Assembly: GCA_951406725.2 (NCBI GenBank)
Contig: OX597829.1
Coordinates: 4,030,001 to 4,094,000, forward strand
Length of the DNA stretch: 64,000 nucleotides
Reading direction: 5' to 3'
Source of the DNA: Octopus vulgaris
Taxonomy: Eukaryota
Shown here: in pieces, positions 40,984 to 54,171 of the stretch
Layout: each line of letters starts with the position of its first letter
How positions within the stretch are numbered: position 1 is the first letter of the stretch
Notes under the pieces: generated by a model
The model's database searches: none
The model's input: the letters and a program-made list of their open reading frames with translations, nothing else
Told to the model about the DNA's origin: nothing
Program-made: the position numbers and the translations under genes

Positions 40984-41575
40984 AATGTTTGTGATATTAA
41001 TGTTGCAACTGTTTCAACAGTTGTTGAGTATATTTCTGAGAATGATGAATGACTCCACTTCACAACATACAAATCTCTTTGTATTATAAACTATTAGCAT
41101 TTGTTTGTTTATTTTTAATTATATTTTTCTCTGATATAAACCTAGTTTTTTTTTTTTTTTTACAATGTGTGTGTGTGTGTGTATGGAGAGATGTGTGATC
41201 TTGTGTAGTGTTTATATGCATGCATTTCATCATCTCTTCTTCTCTGTCTCTTACTAGGATTATGTCTGCATGGGGAGAGGGTGTATGTGGTAAATAATGC
41301 AATCAATGGTGCATGCAGCATTTGAATGAAGTTTTTTTTGTGTGTGTGTGTGTGCATATATTTATAAAGTGGTACAAAGCCACCTTCCCCTCTTATGTAC
41401 TCCCCATGTAGTAGTGAAAGCTTTTTCCTTTTCCTCTCTCTCTCTGTGTTTCATCTACCTTACAACTTAGCAATCTCACTTGTGCTGGTGCCACATAAAA
41501 AATATCCAGTACCCTCTGTAAAATGGTTCATATTAGGAAAGGCAAGCAGTTACAGAAACCATGCCAAAGCTAATA

Positions 41576-41798
41576 CCTATTTCTTTACTACCCACAAGGG
41601 GCTAAACACAGAGAGGACAAACAAGGACAGACAAAGGGATTAAGTCGATTATATCGACCCAGTGTGTAACTGGTACTTAATTTATCTACCCCGAAAGGAT
41701 GAAAGGCAAAGTCGACCTCAGTGGAATTTGAACTCGGAACGTAGCGGCAGATGAAATACCGCTAAGCATTTCGCTCGGCATGCTAACGATTCTGCCAG
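41576..41798 (-). mobile_element. SINE family B nested in an old family C copy
   Basis: Reverse complement of family B. Flanks 41480-41570 and 41800-41880 resemble family C. Confidence 0.88.
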
Positions 41799-42136
41799 TA
41801 CCAGAGCTAGATGTAGTCTTGTGGCTCACCAGATTCTGTCAAACTTTTCAATTCATGCCACCATGTTAAATAACGATACACATACATTTAAATTTCTGTT
41901 GATGAACCAGAAGCAATAATTTACAAGTCTCAATAGATATAAGTGTTTGAGTATCCTTGAATACATTATAACCAGAAGACTCATATTTCCAGTAATCTGT
42001 GTGTAGTTGAAGGTGTACTCAATCAGCAGGTTCAGAGAAATATTGATTTCAGATTTTGGCACAGGGCCAGCAACTTCTGGGAAGGGATATAGTTGATTAC
42101 ATCCACCCCAGTGCTCAACTGGTATTTATTTTATTG

Positions 42137-42366
42137 TAGGTGGCGAGCTGGCAGAAACGTTATCACGCCGGGCGAAATGCGTAGCCGTATTTCGTCTGCC
42201 GCTGCGTTCTGAGTTCAAATTCCGCTGAGGTCGACTTTGCCTTTCGTCCTTTCGGGGTTGATTAAATAAGTACCAGTTACGCACTGGGGTCGATATAATC
42301 GACTTAATCCGTTTGTCTGTCCTTGTTTGTCCTCTCTTATTACCCCCTTGTGGGTAGTAAAGAAAT
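42137..42366 (+). mobile_element. Young SINE family B with 17-bp TSD, inserted antisense into an older B-like copy (about 42050-42432, minus)
   Basis: TSD tggtatttattttattg at 42120-42136 and 42367-42383. CpG-rich, i.e. little decay. Confidence 0.92.
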
Positions 42367-42479
42367 TGGTATTTATTTTATTGACCCCCAAAAAGATGAA
42401 GGGGAAAGTTGACCTTGGTGGATGTTGAACTAAGAGAAATATTAAGTGATTTATATAACAAGGTAGAGATAATAATGTA

Positions 42480-43530
42480 GACAACAATTGGGAGTTTCTA
42501 TAGAATAATCTATTGAGGATGACTGAACCTCAATGGATAATCTCATAGAAACCTGACTAGCAGAGGGTCTTAACCACAGAGAGAGTAACATGGTGGTGAA
42601 ACAGCTCTGTAGATCGGTTTATAAAGGTTATCAAGAGTTGGAAAAACAGGAAGAAAGGAGACAGCAAAGAGCTATACCAAGTTGCAAAAGGAGAAGCAAG
42701 ACATCTACAGAAGAATCCCAGAGTATGAAATTTGGCGTGAGGATCAGAGGCATATTAGGCAGTCTGGATTGCAAAGCTGTGTGAGAGAAAATTAATACGT
42801 TGTTAGCGAAATGTATGTAGAAAAAGATGACAGCAGACTTTCTATAATTGAGACTGAAAATGGGACAGTGTGGTGGAGAGCTGGGGTTGCTATTACAAGT
42901 GGCTTTTGATTGAAGAGAATGCACAGGAGAAAGAGTGTCTACCCATCAAGTAACCCAACAGAGGAACCAGCCGTCCAAATTGGTAGCTGTATGGTGTGGA
43001 TAGAGTGATTAAGGACATGAAGACAGGAAAGCAAGTAAGGCACTCATTCCATCAGGTATCATCACACAATTGAGATGCATTCAGTATTCAGCTGAGTGGG
43101 ATATGGTCTGGTCACTCTAAGCAAATTATGTGGTACAGGCATGTGTCATGGCCCAGTGACTTGTGTAGCTGCATCATTGTCAACTACTGCAAAGTGCAAA
43201 GACAATTCATTAAATTGAAATGTTGGCTCAGATTATGAAGGTTACTAAAAAAAAGTTGATTAGAAAGAGAGAATTATATAGAGATGCAAATTTGTTTGAT
43301 TTTTGTGCATAGAAGTATTACTGCTGTTGTCTTCTCTGTGAGACAGATGCAGAATTATGAGTTTTTTTTTTTCTAAGAACAGGATCCTCTATCTTGCATT
43401 TGTTGGTCGACAGAAAGTCTTTAATAGGGTTTCCTACTCTATGATCAAGTGTTCTTTGAGAAAGCTAGGAATACATGATTGGGATATGAGAAATGTGAAA
43501 GTCATATACAGGGATGCTATCAGCAAGGTG
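42480..43530 (+). mobile_element. Decayed RTE LINE reverse-transcriptase region
   Basis: ILYLAFVGRQKVFNRVSYSMIKCSLRKLGIHDWDMRNVKVIYRDAISKV resembles the RTE RT segment LYMAFVDLEKAFDRV..LRKLGVEEW..MYRDA.SKV. The left boundary is approximate. Confidence 0.65.
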
Positions 43531-43627
43531 ACTTGGGTTCAAGCAAATCATGTAACCCATGCCAACATGGAAAACAAATGTAAAATGATGGTATGTGTGT
43601 GTGTGTATGCATCTGTGTATATGTGTA

Positions 43628-43845
43628 ATGTGACCGCATGTGTACTGTTGGCGATTTTCTTTCCTCCGTCTTCCCTTCCTTGGACTTTTCCTATTTTTCT
43701 ATATTTCTGACGAAGAGCTCCGCTCGAAACGTTAAACCCTCCTTCTTCCCTTCCTTCCTGAGTGTCCATTATAATACTATACTTGTTCCATGTCCTCGCG
43801 TTGTTGTGTTTACTCTTTGTGTTTTCATGTTTGGATTAACTATAT
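43628..43845 (+). mobile_element. Penelope-like pLTR fragment containing a minimal hammerhead (43704-43736)
   Basis: UUU-CUGACGA-A-GAGC-UCC-GCUC-GAAA-CGUU-AAA, with palindromic ACGU in place of stem III, ending in (TA)n. Paralogue at 51822-52030; relatives at 57893-58068 and 61110-61283 (minus). Confidence 0.7.
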
Positions 43846-43853
43846 ATGTATGT

Positions 43854-44162
43854 GTGGAAGCGCAATGGCCCAGTGGTTAGGGCAGCGGACTTGCGGTCGT
43901 AGGATCGCGGTTTCGATTCCCATACCAGGCGTTGTGAGTGTTTATTGAGCGAAAACACCTTAAAAAGCTCCACGAGGCTCCAGCAGGGGGTGGTGATCCC
44001 TGCTGTACTCTTTCACCACTGTTTCTCTCACTCTTTCTTCTATTGGCCTGCTCGCTTAGCCAGCGGGGTGGCGTCATTCGAAGGCTAAAACAATGCGAAC
44101 GCATTGTGACCAGCGATGTGTAACAACATCTGATGGTCTGGTCGGTCACGTGATCACGTGAT
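43854..44162 (+). mobile_element. tRNA-derived SINE, family D head with a different tail
   Basis: tggcccagtgg A-box and ggtttcgattcc B-box. The body is shared with 23297-23480; the tail is shared in reverse complement with 39758-39822. Confidence 0.8.
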
Positions 44163-44461
44163 ATATATGTGTGTGTGTGTGTGTGGTGTGTATAAGATTC
44201 AGTTGAATTAGGTACTTAAATTGAGGCAGCTCTTTAGAGAATCACTATAAATGTTTTTGGCCTGTGGATTTTAAACTTTGTTAAATCATTCTGAATATCC
44301 TTTATTTTGAATTTCATGAATTTATATGACAAAAGCAGTTTCTCTACAATGATATAATAATGTTTTCATTAACCAATTAAAGGAGAAGTTAGAAACAGCT
44401 GTAAAGGATTGACAACTGTACCTCTACTGTTACACATATTATATATATATACATACATATA

Positions 44462-44865
44462 GGCACAGGAGTGGCTGTGTGGTAAGTAGCTTGCTAACCA
44501 ACCACATGGTTTCGGGTTCAGTCCCACTACGTGGCATCTTGGGCAAGTGTCTTCTACTATAGCCTCGGGCCGACCAAAGCCTTGTGAGTGGATTTGGTAG
44601 ACGGAAACTGAAAGAAGCCTGTCGTATATATGTATATATATATTTGTATGTGTGTGTTTGTGTGTCTGTGTTTGTTCCTCCAACATCGTTTGACAACCGA
44701 TGGTGGTGTGTTTACGTCCCGTAACTTAGCGGTTCGGCAAAAAAGACCGATAGAATAAGTACTAGGCTTACAAAGAATAAGTCCTGGGGTTGATTTGCTC
44801 GACTAAAGGTGGTGCTCCAGCATGGCCGCAGTCAAATGACTGAAACAAGTAAAAGAGTAAAAGAG
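44462..44865 (+). mobile_element. SINE family A, full length with 12-bp TSD
   Basis: TSD tacatacatata at 44450-44461 and 44866-44877; A/B boxes; (AGTAAAAG)n tail. Confidence 0.93.
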
Positions 44866-45394
44866 TACATACATATATGTATATATATATGTATATATAT
44901 GGAAAATAGCCATTTCTTTTAAGACAAAATTAATGTGTATGTGCATATACATACATCTATATAAGTATTTGTATGTATACACGCACATATAAGTATCTAG
45001 ATATATCTGTGTGTATGTAAATATGTGTACATGCATTTGTATGTATATAACTGAATATATATATATGTATATAGGCGTGTGTATATGTATATATGTACAT
45101 GCAGATTTATATGTTTGTGTATATATGTTATTTCTACTAAACTGAAAGGAGCATTTATTCACTTTGCTATCCATATCATCATCATCATCATCATCATCAT
45201 CCATGTTTTATTTTTCAAATTTCTTTTAAATGTTTCCATGTTCTTTTTTCTTGATTTTTGTTTTGTTTGTTTTGTTTTATTATTTCCCTGCCATTGTTCA
45301 CCTTGTCACTCTGTTTCAATGTTTTCTTTCTTTCTTCTTCTCTCCTATCATCTTCCTTCTCTCTCATATATTTTTTCACTCATCTTTCTTCTGC

Positions 45395-45911
45395 CATCTT
45401 TCATCTGTCATCTTTCGTCCATCATCTTTCATCCGTCATCTTTCGTCCGTCATCTTTCGTCCGTCATCTTTCGTCAGTCATCTTTCGTCCGTCATCTTTC
45501 GTCCATCATCTTTCATCCGTCATCTTTCATCCATCATCTTTCATCCGTCATCTTTCGTCCGTCATCTTTCGTCCGTCATCTTTCGTCTGTCATCTTTCGT
45601 CCGTCATCTTTCGTCCGTCATCTTTCGTCCATCATCTTTCGTCCGTCATCTTTCGTCCATCATCTTTCGTCCATCATCTTTCGTCCGTCATCTTTCGTCC
45701 ATCATCTTTCGTCCGTCATCTTTCGTCCATCATCTTTCGTCCGTCATCTTTCGTCCATCATCTTTCGTCCATCATCTTTCGTCCGTCATCTTTCGTCCAT
45801 CATCTTTCGTCCGTCATCTTTCGTCCGTCATCTTTCGTCCATCATCTTTCGTCTGTCATCTTTCGTCGGTCATCTTTCGTCCATCATCTTTCGTCTGTCA
45901 TCTTTCATCTG
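45395..45911. repeat. 14-bp minisatellite (CATCTTTCGTCCRT), roughly 37 copies
   Basis: Directly visible. It explains the three about 300-aa overlapping ORFs. Confidence 0.95.
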
Positions 45912-46609
45912 TCTTCTTTCTGTTGTCATCTTATTCTGTTATTTTCTTTATATCCTTCTTTAATCCTCTCTCATTTCACTTCCTCCAACTGTTACCACTA
46001 CTGTTTCTACCACCACCACCACCACCACACTGCTTTTACTACTCACCTCAGACAAGGCATCTACAAGATATCTACCCCTCTATTTCATGTGCTTCAATTC
46101 ATACAGTCCTTCCACCCCTCTCTCCCTGTCTCTAAATTCCCTGGCTCCTGACAGTCTGTTACAGTTTACAGTACCTCAAAGGAATTATTAAACCTTGAAT
46201 AACTGTCTGAAGCCCAGGAGGATTTGAAGGGATACAAAGAACAACACCTTCCCTTTTCAACTGGGGACAATCCTCCTTCACTACCCTCCTTCTACTACAT
46301 CCTAAGGAAAAAAAAAAAATAGTGGTGAGTATGGGGTTGAGATAGGGGTGGTAAGGGGAAGCTGTTTTCCAGAACTAACTTATTTTTCCTGGTTTTTTTT
46401 TTCGTTATTGTTTATAATTGTTGTTGTTACTGTTATTGTCCAAGAAAAATTATTTTTGTTTATAAAGCTTCAGGGTGAGGGATATTGTGAAAAGGATTTT
46501 ACATGTATGTGTGTGCGTGTGTGCTCTCATAGGAGTGTGTGTGTGTGTGTGTGTATGCATACAAACACACACACACACACACACATGCACATGTACGTGT
46601 GTGCTTGTC

Positions 46610-46958
46610 ATCGTTCATCGTTTAACATCCGCTTTCCATGCTAGCATGGGTTGGACGAATGACTGAGGGCTGGAGAACCAGATGGCTGCACCAGGCTTCA
46701 ATCTTGATCTGGCAGAGTTTCTACAGCTGGATGCCCTTCCTAACACCAACCACTCTGAGAGTGTAGTGGGTACTTTTACGTGCCATTGGCATGGGGCCAG
46801 TCAAGCGGTACTGGCAATGACCTCGCTCGAATCTTCTACTCATGCCACCAGCACAGGTGCCAGTAAGGCGATGCTGGTAATGATCACGCTTGCATGTTGT
46901 CTTTTACGTGCCACCAGCATGGAGGTCAGATAGTCACTCTGGCAACGATCACGCTCTG
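46610..46958 (-). mobile_element. Family C RTE-related 3' end
   Basis: tttaacatccgctttccatgctagcatggg... with repeated ttttacgtgcca motifs. Confidence 0.85.
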
Positions 46959-48711
46959 GACAGTGGAAAATAATAAATTAATTCAACAGCATATGTACTG
47001 TCATCTTCTTTTGCTCTCTCTCTTACATTGAGAAGCATCTATCTTGATTGCTGAACCTAGCAATTGCAACCAGATTCCTTTGTATCACATCCTTACCATC
47101 TTAACACAGGAAGGATTATTGGACAGAGATAGCTGCTCTATATATTGAAAAAATAAATGATGGGAATATCCAGACTGCAATGGTTTTGACCATAAGGTCA
47201 ACTCAGTTGGGTTCTGGGGTTAAAAAACAATAACAACCACACATACACAGAGTCCAGTACTTCAAGTTTAAAAACAAAAATATGATTTAGTAGTCACTTC
47301 ATATGTTTTCCTGCCAACTGTCTTTAAAGATCAACTATGGGGAATAAATAGACAAGTTTTTTTTTTTGATACCCACAGAAAGTAGTCAGGATTGGGGAAC
47401 TCAAACATGGCACCACAAGTAATAGAACACTTGTTAAGTGTACAGTGGTCCCACTACCTGCACTAGAGAGCCATACCACTTCTGTCTGATGTCTGTTTGT
47501 ATATAGTTGAGCTGATCCATCATCAGTTAAATGTTTTGAGTGAGCAATGTTGTTCATATTAGCAAGCCCCACAATTTAAAATTTTTGGCTTTGTGTCAAA
47601 ATTATAAATAATTATATTCAATTTAGGCACATGGCCTGAAATTTGAGGGGAGGGTGGGGTAGTCAATTACATCAATGCAAGTGCTCAGCTGGTGCTTATT
47701 TCATCAATGCTGAAAAGATGGGAGACAAAGTCAACTTTGGCAGAATTTGAACTCTGAATGTAAAGACAATTCCACTGCCCCTAAGCTTTTTGTCTGGCAT
47801 GCTAACAATTCTGCTAGCTCACTGCCTTGTATAATTCAATGTAGTAGTAGTGGTGGTGGTGGCGGCAATCTTTTATAAGCCACAAAGGCTTGAAGAAATG
47901 CAAAATATATGAAAATTGGGATTACAAAAAAAAAGAAAAAGTTTTGTGTGAAAGACAAGTTTACAAATATGAAAAGGAAAAAATGAAGGACATTATACAG
48001 TTTATGAATGGATATATTAAGAGAACGAGAGTACAAATATTTGATGGAAATAAATGAATGAGTACAATAAAACATACAATAGTCAAAACAAGATCTAATT
48101 AAAAAGAATTAAAACATAAAAGATTACTGCATATGTTTGATTTAGGAATCTATGACTATCTGCTAACCAAGTGCAGCTAAATGTACCAGTATGCATTTTT
48201 TGAGACATTAAGTATTGATAAACACCATCATAATGATGTGCTCTTTTAGATGTATTTGTTATTAATAATCTATCTTTATCATATTATTTGTATTCTAACT
48301 TTTCATGTGACATTCAAACTTCTGTGGAAAGAACATGGCATACAGATATATAAATTGTCTCTCACTAATAATAATAATAATAATGATGATGACGACGACG
48401 ATGATTGCTATCATTATCACCATCATCGTTGTTGTCCTTAATTAATGTTTAGTCAATAAACAGACATCTTTCTTCCTTAAGTACTCTTTAGAGTTGTTAC
48501 AGAAAAATATACCTTTGCAACTGTGTAAGTATTTGAAACATCATGAATTCTTATCTAAGATAAGCTGCTGTTGTCAATGGTTAAAGTGTTTGAGAGCAGC
48601 TAAAACATTATTGAAAAATGTTGATACTACTAAATGGAGAATATATCCATCTACACCACTGTTAACCATTTATACAGACAGACCCCCCCCCAACTCAACT
48701 CTAAAAAAGCT

Positions 48712-48944
48712 CGAACCGATTGTGACCGATGCCGGACCCCCCGGCCCCTGTGCAGGTGGCACGTAAAAAGCACCCACTCCACTCGCAGAGTGGTTGGCGT
48801 TAGGAAGGGCATCGAGCCGTAGAAACTCTGCCAGATCAGACTGGAGCCTGGAGCGGCCTCTGGCTTCCCAGACCCCGGTCAAACCGTCCAACCTGTGCTA
48901 GCGCGGAAAACGGACGTTAAACGATGATGATGATGATGATGATG
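48712..48944 (+). mobile_element. Family C RTE-related 3' end, CpG-rich (young)
   Basis: ggtggcacgtaaaaagcaccc ... cggacgttaaac(gat)n. Confidence 0.88.
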
Positions 48945-50309
48945 TAAGATGAAGGATCATAAGCTAACTTGAAATATTTGGACTGAAATAATGCATTCAA
49001 TTTCTGATATCAGCAAAAGACCTGGGAATTAGGCCAAGTGGTTAATTAACTAAGTCAATCTCAGTACTTCACTTATATTTCATTTTATTGAACCTGAAGG
49101 AGTGGATGTTAAAGTTGACTTCTGTGGAATCTGAACTTAGAACCCACCAGGGTCATCTTTCCCAGTCATCCTACAAGGAATAGAAAAGCAAGATATAACT
49201 AAAGACATAGCCTTAAGCATAACTAAAGATATGATTAAAGACATGAGTAAAGTCAAAACTGAAGGCATAACTTAAAATATAGGAAGAGACATGACTAGAA
49301 ACATGACAGAGTATGTCTCTGTCACATCTTAACTGTTCATATGATATTTGCCATAAGGGAACATTATTAATGACAGGCACAAGACCATGGATTTTGGAGG
49401 GTGTTTATTACTGTCAAATTTCTTGACTAGTGCTTTATGTATACTCCATGATGGAAAAGGTGTGCACCATAAAAGATTTGAACTCAGAATGTAAAAGAAC
49501 ATACCTACATGTGGCTTTTAATTTGTTGTTTCATTAAATCTGCTATGCACCACCACCACCACATAACAGCAACAACAATAATGATGATAATAAAAATAAT
49601 AATCCTTTCTCCTGTACATACAAAATTAAGGTTGACTTTTGATAAAAAGTACAATATCAAAAGATAACCCTTATAGTCAGGGCCTCATCATTACAGGCTT
49701 CCAAGCAATCCTTGGGATTCTACATACACAACATTAATTTTGGACCCCTGAATGTATAGAAAGGATGAAGGCTGGTTTAAACCAGCAATTTTGAAGGTCA
49801 CTGGGGAAGATTAGTCAATTCTCTCAACTCCAGTATATGACTGGTACTTGATTTTATTGACCCTGAAGGGATGAAAAGCAAAGTAGGTCTACTCTCGCCA
49901 CCCCAGTTGGGTTTGAATTCAGTACATAAAGAGGTGGAACAATTTCTGCAAAGTATTTTATCTCTAACAAGTCCCTAACACTTCTGTCAGTCTATAATAA
50001 GGGCTCCTACTGTCATTCTTCATCATCATCATCACAATCTAATACAAGAAACACTTAACCTTCTCAATTAAGGCTCACCTCTGGTTAAAAAGAACAATAA
50101 CGAAAGATAACCCCCTATAGTCAAGGCTTTCTTAACATAACAGGCCCCTTGGTGAAGCAAAGCACTGGACTCCTACATACACAACATAGAATAGTTTTTG
50201 ATCCCTGGATGCAGGGCCTTTGATTGCATGCATTATCTCTGTATGTTTCTATGATTTAATGTATGTTTCTTTTCATGTATTTATGTTTATATTTGTGTCT
50301 GTGATGGTG

Positions 50310-50382
<73 letters not shown>

Positions 50383-51821
50383 TACAAACAAGCAAAATTG
50401 TTTATTATAAAGACGACTTGTGTAGTATAACACAGTGCAAAGTATGTGTATGTATTATGCTTGCGTGACTCTGTATGTGTGTGTTTTTATTGAGAGAAAT
50501 AGAAGTATATCTGATATTTCATCTTTCTCATTATAATGTATTTGGACAGCTCTTCATTTCATCTTCATTTCAAATGTCTCTCAGACTTCAGACCTCCCCT
50601 ACTTCTCTGCTTCTTCTCACTTGATTCCATACAATCTTGCCTCGCCAAGTCATATTTATTCTTCAAAAGGATTTAAAAATCTAAAAATAGTTCTTTGGTT
50701 TCTTCTTCTTCTAAACTAGAAACCATTTTTGACAAAGCAGTTGGCACTTTAATTCTGGAATATCATTTTGCTTTATTTTTAAAAATAGATTTTTAATAAT
50801 GTTGTCGTTGCCGCTGTCGTTGTTAAGGCGGTAGAGTCATAGAAATGTGCCAAGCTTGTTTCACACTTTATACTCGAAGTTCAAATCCTCCCAACGTTCT
50901 TCACTTTGTCTTTTACAACTCCCCACTTGATAAACAAGTACCAATAAAATATCAAGAAGGTACTGAGAACTGATTCAGTGAATTTAAGTCAACTCTTTCC
51001 AAAAATCTGGGATCTGGTACCAGAGTAATAAATAATCCTCATTAGTTACAATGTTTTATTTCTGAAGATTTTAGTGTTTCAGATTCTTAACTGTTTTTAA
51101 TGGCAATCCATATGAAACCATTTTGATGCCATATTACAAAAATTGCCTGTTTTAAACCACTATTCATATCTGAGAACCATTTCTAAAGTATACAACAATA
51201 TAATATACCAATAAATATAAACTATTTTACTAAATCCATCCCTTCAAATTCTTAATTATTTTCATTTAATAAAAACACTTTTTTTCATTAGAAACATGCT
51301 ATTAAAAGTGTTTAAAAGAGCAACCATATTTTGAATGTGAAGGCATAAAATTAATTGTCCTTTAAGAGTAGATTTAAGAAACATGAAAAAAACAATTTAA
51401 AAAAAAAAAAATCTTTTTTATGTGGGCTGGATGTGTTTTCAATATGACAACAGTAAGATCTAAAAATAAATCACACGTGTACACACACACACAAACACAC
51501 ACACACACACATACACACACACATGCACACACCATCAGCTAACGTGTACACACATATGTTTCTTCTTTATTCAAGGTAGAATAATAATCATAAAACAGAC
51601 TAATGAATGTGTTTGGAAATGAATATGTCTGCAGGCGTTTATCAACTTCTAAGTTTCTCACCACATACACACTCACACACACATTCAACACACACACACA
51701 ACTTTGCAAATGCATAGTGAGCATTTTGAAGTTTTAACAAAAAGAAAAAGGTAAAAAAAAATACTACAAATCATTTAATAACACTGTTTACAATATATAT
51801 ATATATATGTACGTATATATA

Positions 51822-52030
51822 AATGTGACCTCGTGAGCACCGCCAGCAATTTTTTTCCTGTCTTCCCTTCTCTGGATCTTTCCTTCTCCTTTGTTTCCGA
51901 CAAAGAGCTCCGCTCGAAATGTTAAACCCACCTTCTTCCCTTCTTTCCTGAGCGTCCAATAATACTATATTTGTTCCACGTCCTCACGCTGTTGTGTTTT
52001 TTTTTTGTTCTTTCTTGTTTGGATTAACTA
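51822..52030 (+). mobile_element. Penelope-like pLTR fragment, hammerhead core mutated
   Basis: Paralogue of 43628-43845; the core reads CCGACAA-A-GAGC-UCC-GCUC-GAAA-UGUU. Confidence 0.65.
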
Positions 52031-52518
52031 TATATATATATATATATATGTACAGATGGATAAATAGATAGAGAATTGGATAGTAAGATAGATAGGTAGT
52101 TAGATAGATAGATAGATACATACATACATACACATATGTATGCACAAAATTATATGTAAATATATTATACTGTTTTGTGAGGACAACATGTCAAAGAATA
52201 GATCCATTTCCTCAGTATGTTATAAAAGGTGACTAAAAGAGATTAAAGTAGGATTTTCACTCCTAAAACCCTCACCAGCAACAACTACCCAAAACAGGTC
52301 AATTTGTTGGAAGGTGGCGCACTTGAGTGGCGCAAAGGCATCATCTACCAAGAATAGTAGGGAATCACCAACAAATGGTGGACGCACTGGTACAGCACAT
52401 GACACTTCCCCACCATACTACTATTACTACCACTACTACCACTACTGCTATTGTCTTTAACTACAACCTTATAAAATATAAGGGCTTGAATTGCATTGTT
52501 TTCATTCTGTTCTTGCAG

Positions 52519-52636
52519 GTATTGGCCTATGTCGACCACTTACACGGAAAATGGCATTTCTCAGAAATAAGAGCAGTTTTCTCTCGGCGATATCTACTCC
52601 AAAATGTTGCCATCGAAATATTTACAGCCAATCGAA
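52519..52636 (+). CDS. NBEA: Internal coding exon of neurobeachin/LRBA (rugose/SEL-2) BEACH-domain protein, PH domain
   Basis: Acceptor ttctgttcttgcag|GTA and donor CGAA|gtaaga. The 118 nt (phase 0 to 1) translate as [39 protein letters not shown], close to the neurobeachin PH segment as I recall it ([39 protein letters not shown]). Confidence 0.95.
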
Positions 52637-52675
52637 GTAAGAATTACATCTTTTAGTTTTCATTTCCTCACTTAA

Positions 52676-52884
52676 CCCCTTTTTGATACCAACTTGCCTG
52701 AGTCTGCCCCTGAATCTATGATTCCTGCTTTAAGTTAAAATAAAACCTTCTTTCAATATAATTATGTATGATTCAAACACCTGCTCAATAATGGCAGTTA
52801 TTTTATAAAACTCTTCATTATTTTTCAAACTTAATTGAAATAACGACAGTATTTTTCAACAGAAATATTAATAACGAAGGGGTT
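52676..52884. mobile_element. Degenerate piggyBac MITE family 1, about 40 bp after the exon
   Basis: TTAA|cccctttttgatacc ... ataacgaagggg|TTGA. Confidence 0.65.
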
Positions 52885-53473
52885 GAATTTTTTCTTCTTT
52901 TACTCTTTTTATAATCAACTTTTTTGTTTTTCACATTTTACCACCATCTCCCTTTTCCAATTGAGGTAGTCATGTACCACCCCTTCTACATGACACCTGC
53001 TCCTTTCTGTCTATCATACTTTAATCTCTCATCACGTAGCACAAAGCTATCATCTTCAATACTGCACTCCCTCTCAGTTGAGGGTGTCTTGTCTTGCAAG
53101 AGTCTTGGTGGCTTCACTAGTGCCACTGCCACACTAAAAGCGTCCAGTACACTCTGTAACCATGGACCCAAACTAAAGCAGACACTGGAGTTTAGTGCAG
53201 TCCTTTTCTTCATTGGCTCCTGACAAACCATCCAACATGTACCCATATGGAATATGGGCATCAAATGGTGATGATGATGATGACAATGATGATGATGATG
53301 ATGATGATAGTGGTGCTGATAATAATTCAGCATAATTCTTTGAGCTGAATTGATTCCATACTTTGATCATTTGCACTGCAATCACTTAAGGTGTCAGTAG
53401 ATATGGGACTGCTAGGCATGAATGTCCTGACATAATTACAGCGGGGTCCATGAATGAGACACTGAGTAATTAA

Positions 53474-53676
53474 CCCTTTCGTTACTGTATTTCTGTTGAG
53501 ATGCTCTGTGTTTCTTCCAATTACTTTAAATATAATAAAGAATTTAGTAAAATAACTTTGTTATCATTCAACTATTGATAAGAATATAAATTGTGACTAA
53601 GATTGGTGGAAGATTTTAATTCAAAACTTATGAAAACAAGCCAGAGCCGGTTTCAGCCGTGTTGGTAATGAAAGGG
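53474..53676. mobile_element. piggyBac MITE family 1
   Basis: TTAA|ccctttcgttac ... gtaatgaaaggg|TTAA. Confidence 0.9.
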
Positions 53677-54171
53677 TTAAATGTTGGCTGTTTGTTCAAA
53701 ACAAAGAATTTCAAGGGTGCCTCGTAGCAAACACTCTTAGTAAGGAGCCAGGAACTGAAATTTTGTTATACCGTTATTGATTAGTCAATGACTGTAAATA
53801 TGCATCCATGGGTGTATATTTTCATATTGTTCTGACTTTTGAATTGTTTCTTGGTTTGAATTGATGTTAGAACATTATTGTACTAATGATGTTGTTTGCT
53901 TCAAGCCTTCCGTGCAAAGTATGTCCAGCCATGGGGGAAATATTGTCTTGCTTGAAAACAGGTGAGGGTTGGCAACAGGAAGGGTATCCATAGAAAGCCA
54001 GCCTCAACAAATTCCATTTGGCCCATGCTAGCACGGGACAAAGTGAGCAGTAAAACATGATAGTAACATATATATATGTATATATGCAAAGGAAGAACAT
54101 GAGGTGATGAGATATTTCTATTTATATATTTGAGTGTATGTGTGTGTGTATATATATATATATAATTTCAA

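Noticed and set aside
45395-45911. Minus strand of the minisatellite (GAUGACGGACGAAA) resembles a hammerhead core; the array also superficially resembles CRISPR
   Set aside because: It lacks C3U4, the stems and a cleavage triplet. There are no unique spacers and the context is eukaryotic.
45079-46151. Three overlapping about 300-aa ORFs
   Set aside because: Produced by the stop-free 14-bp minisatellite plus T-rich flanks.
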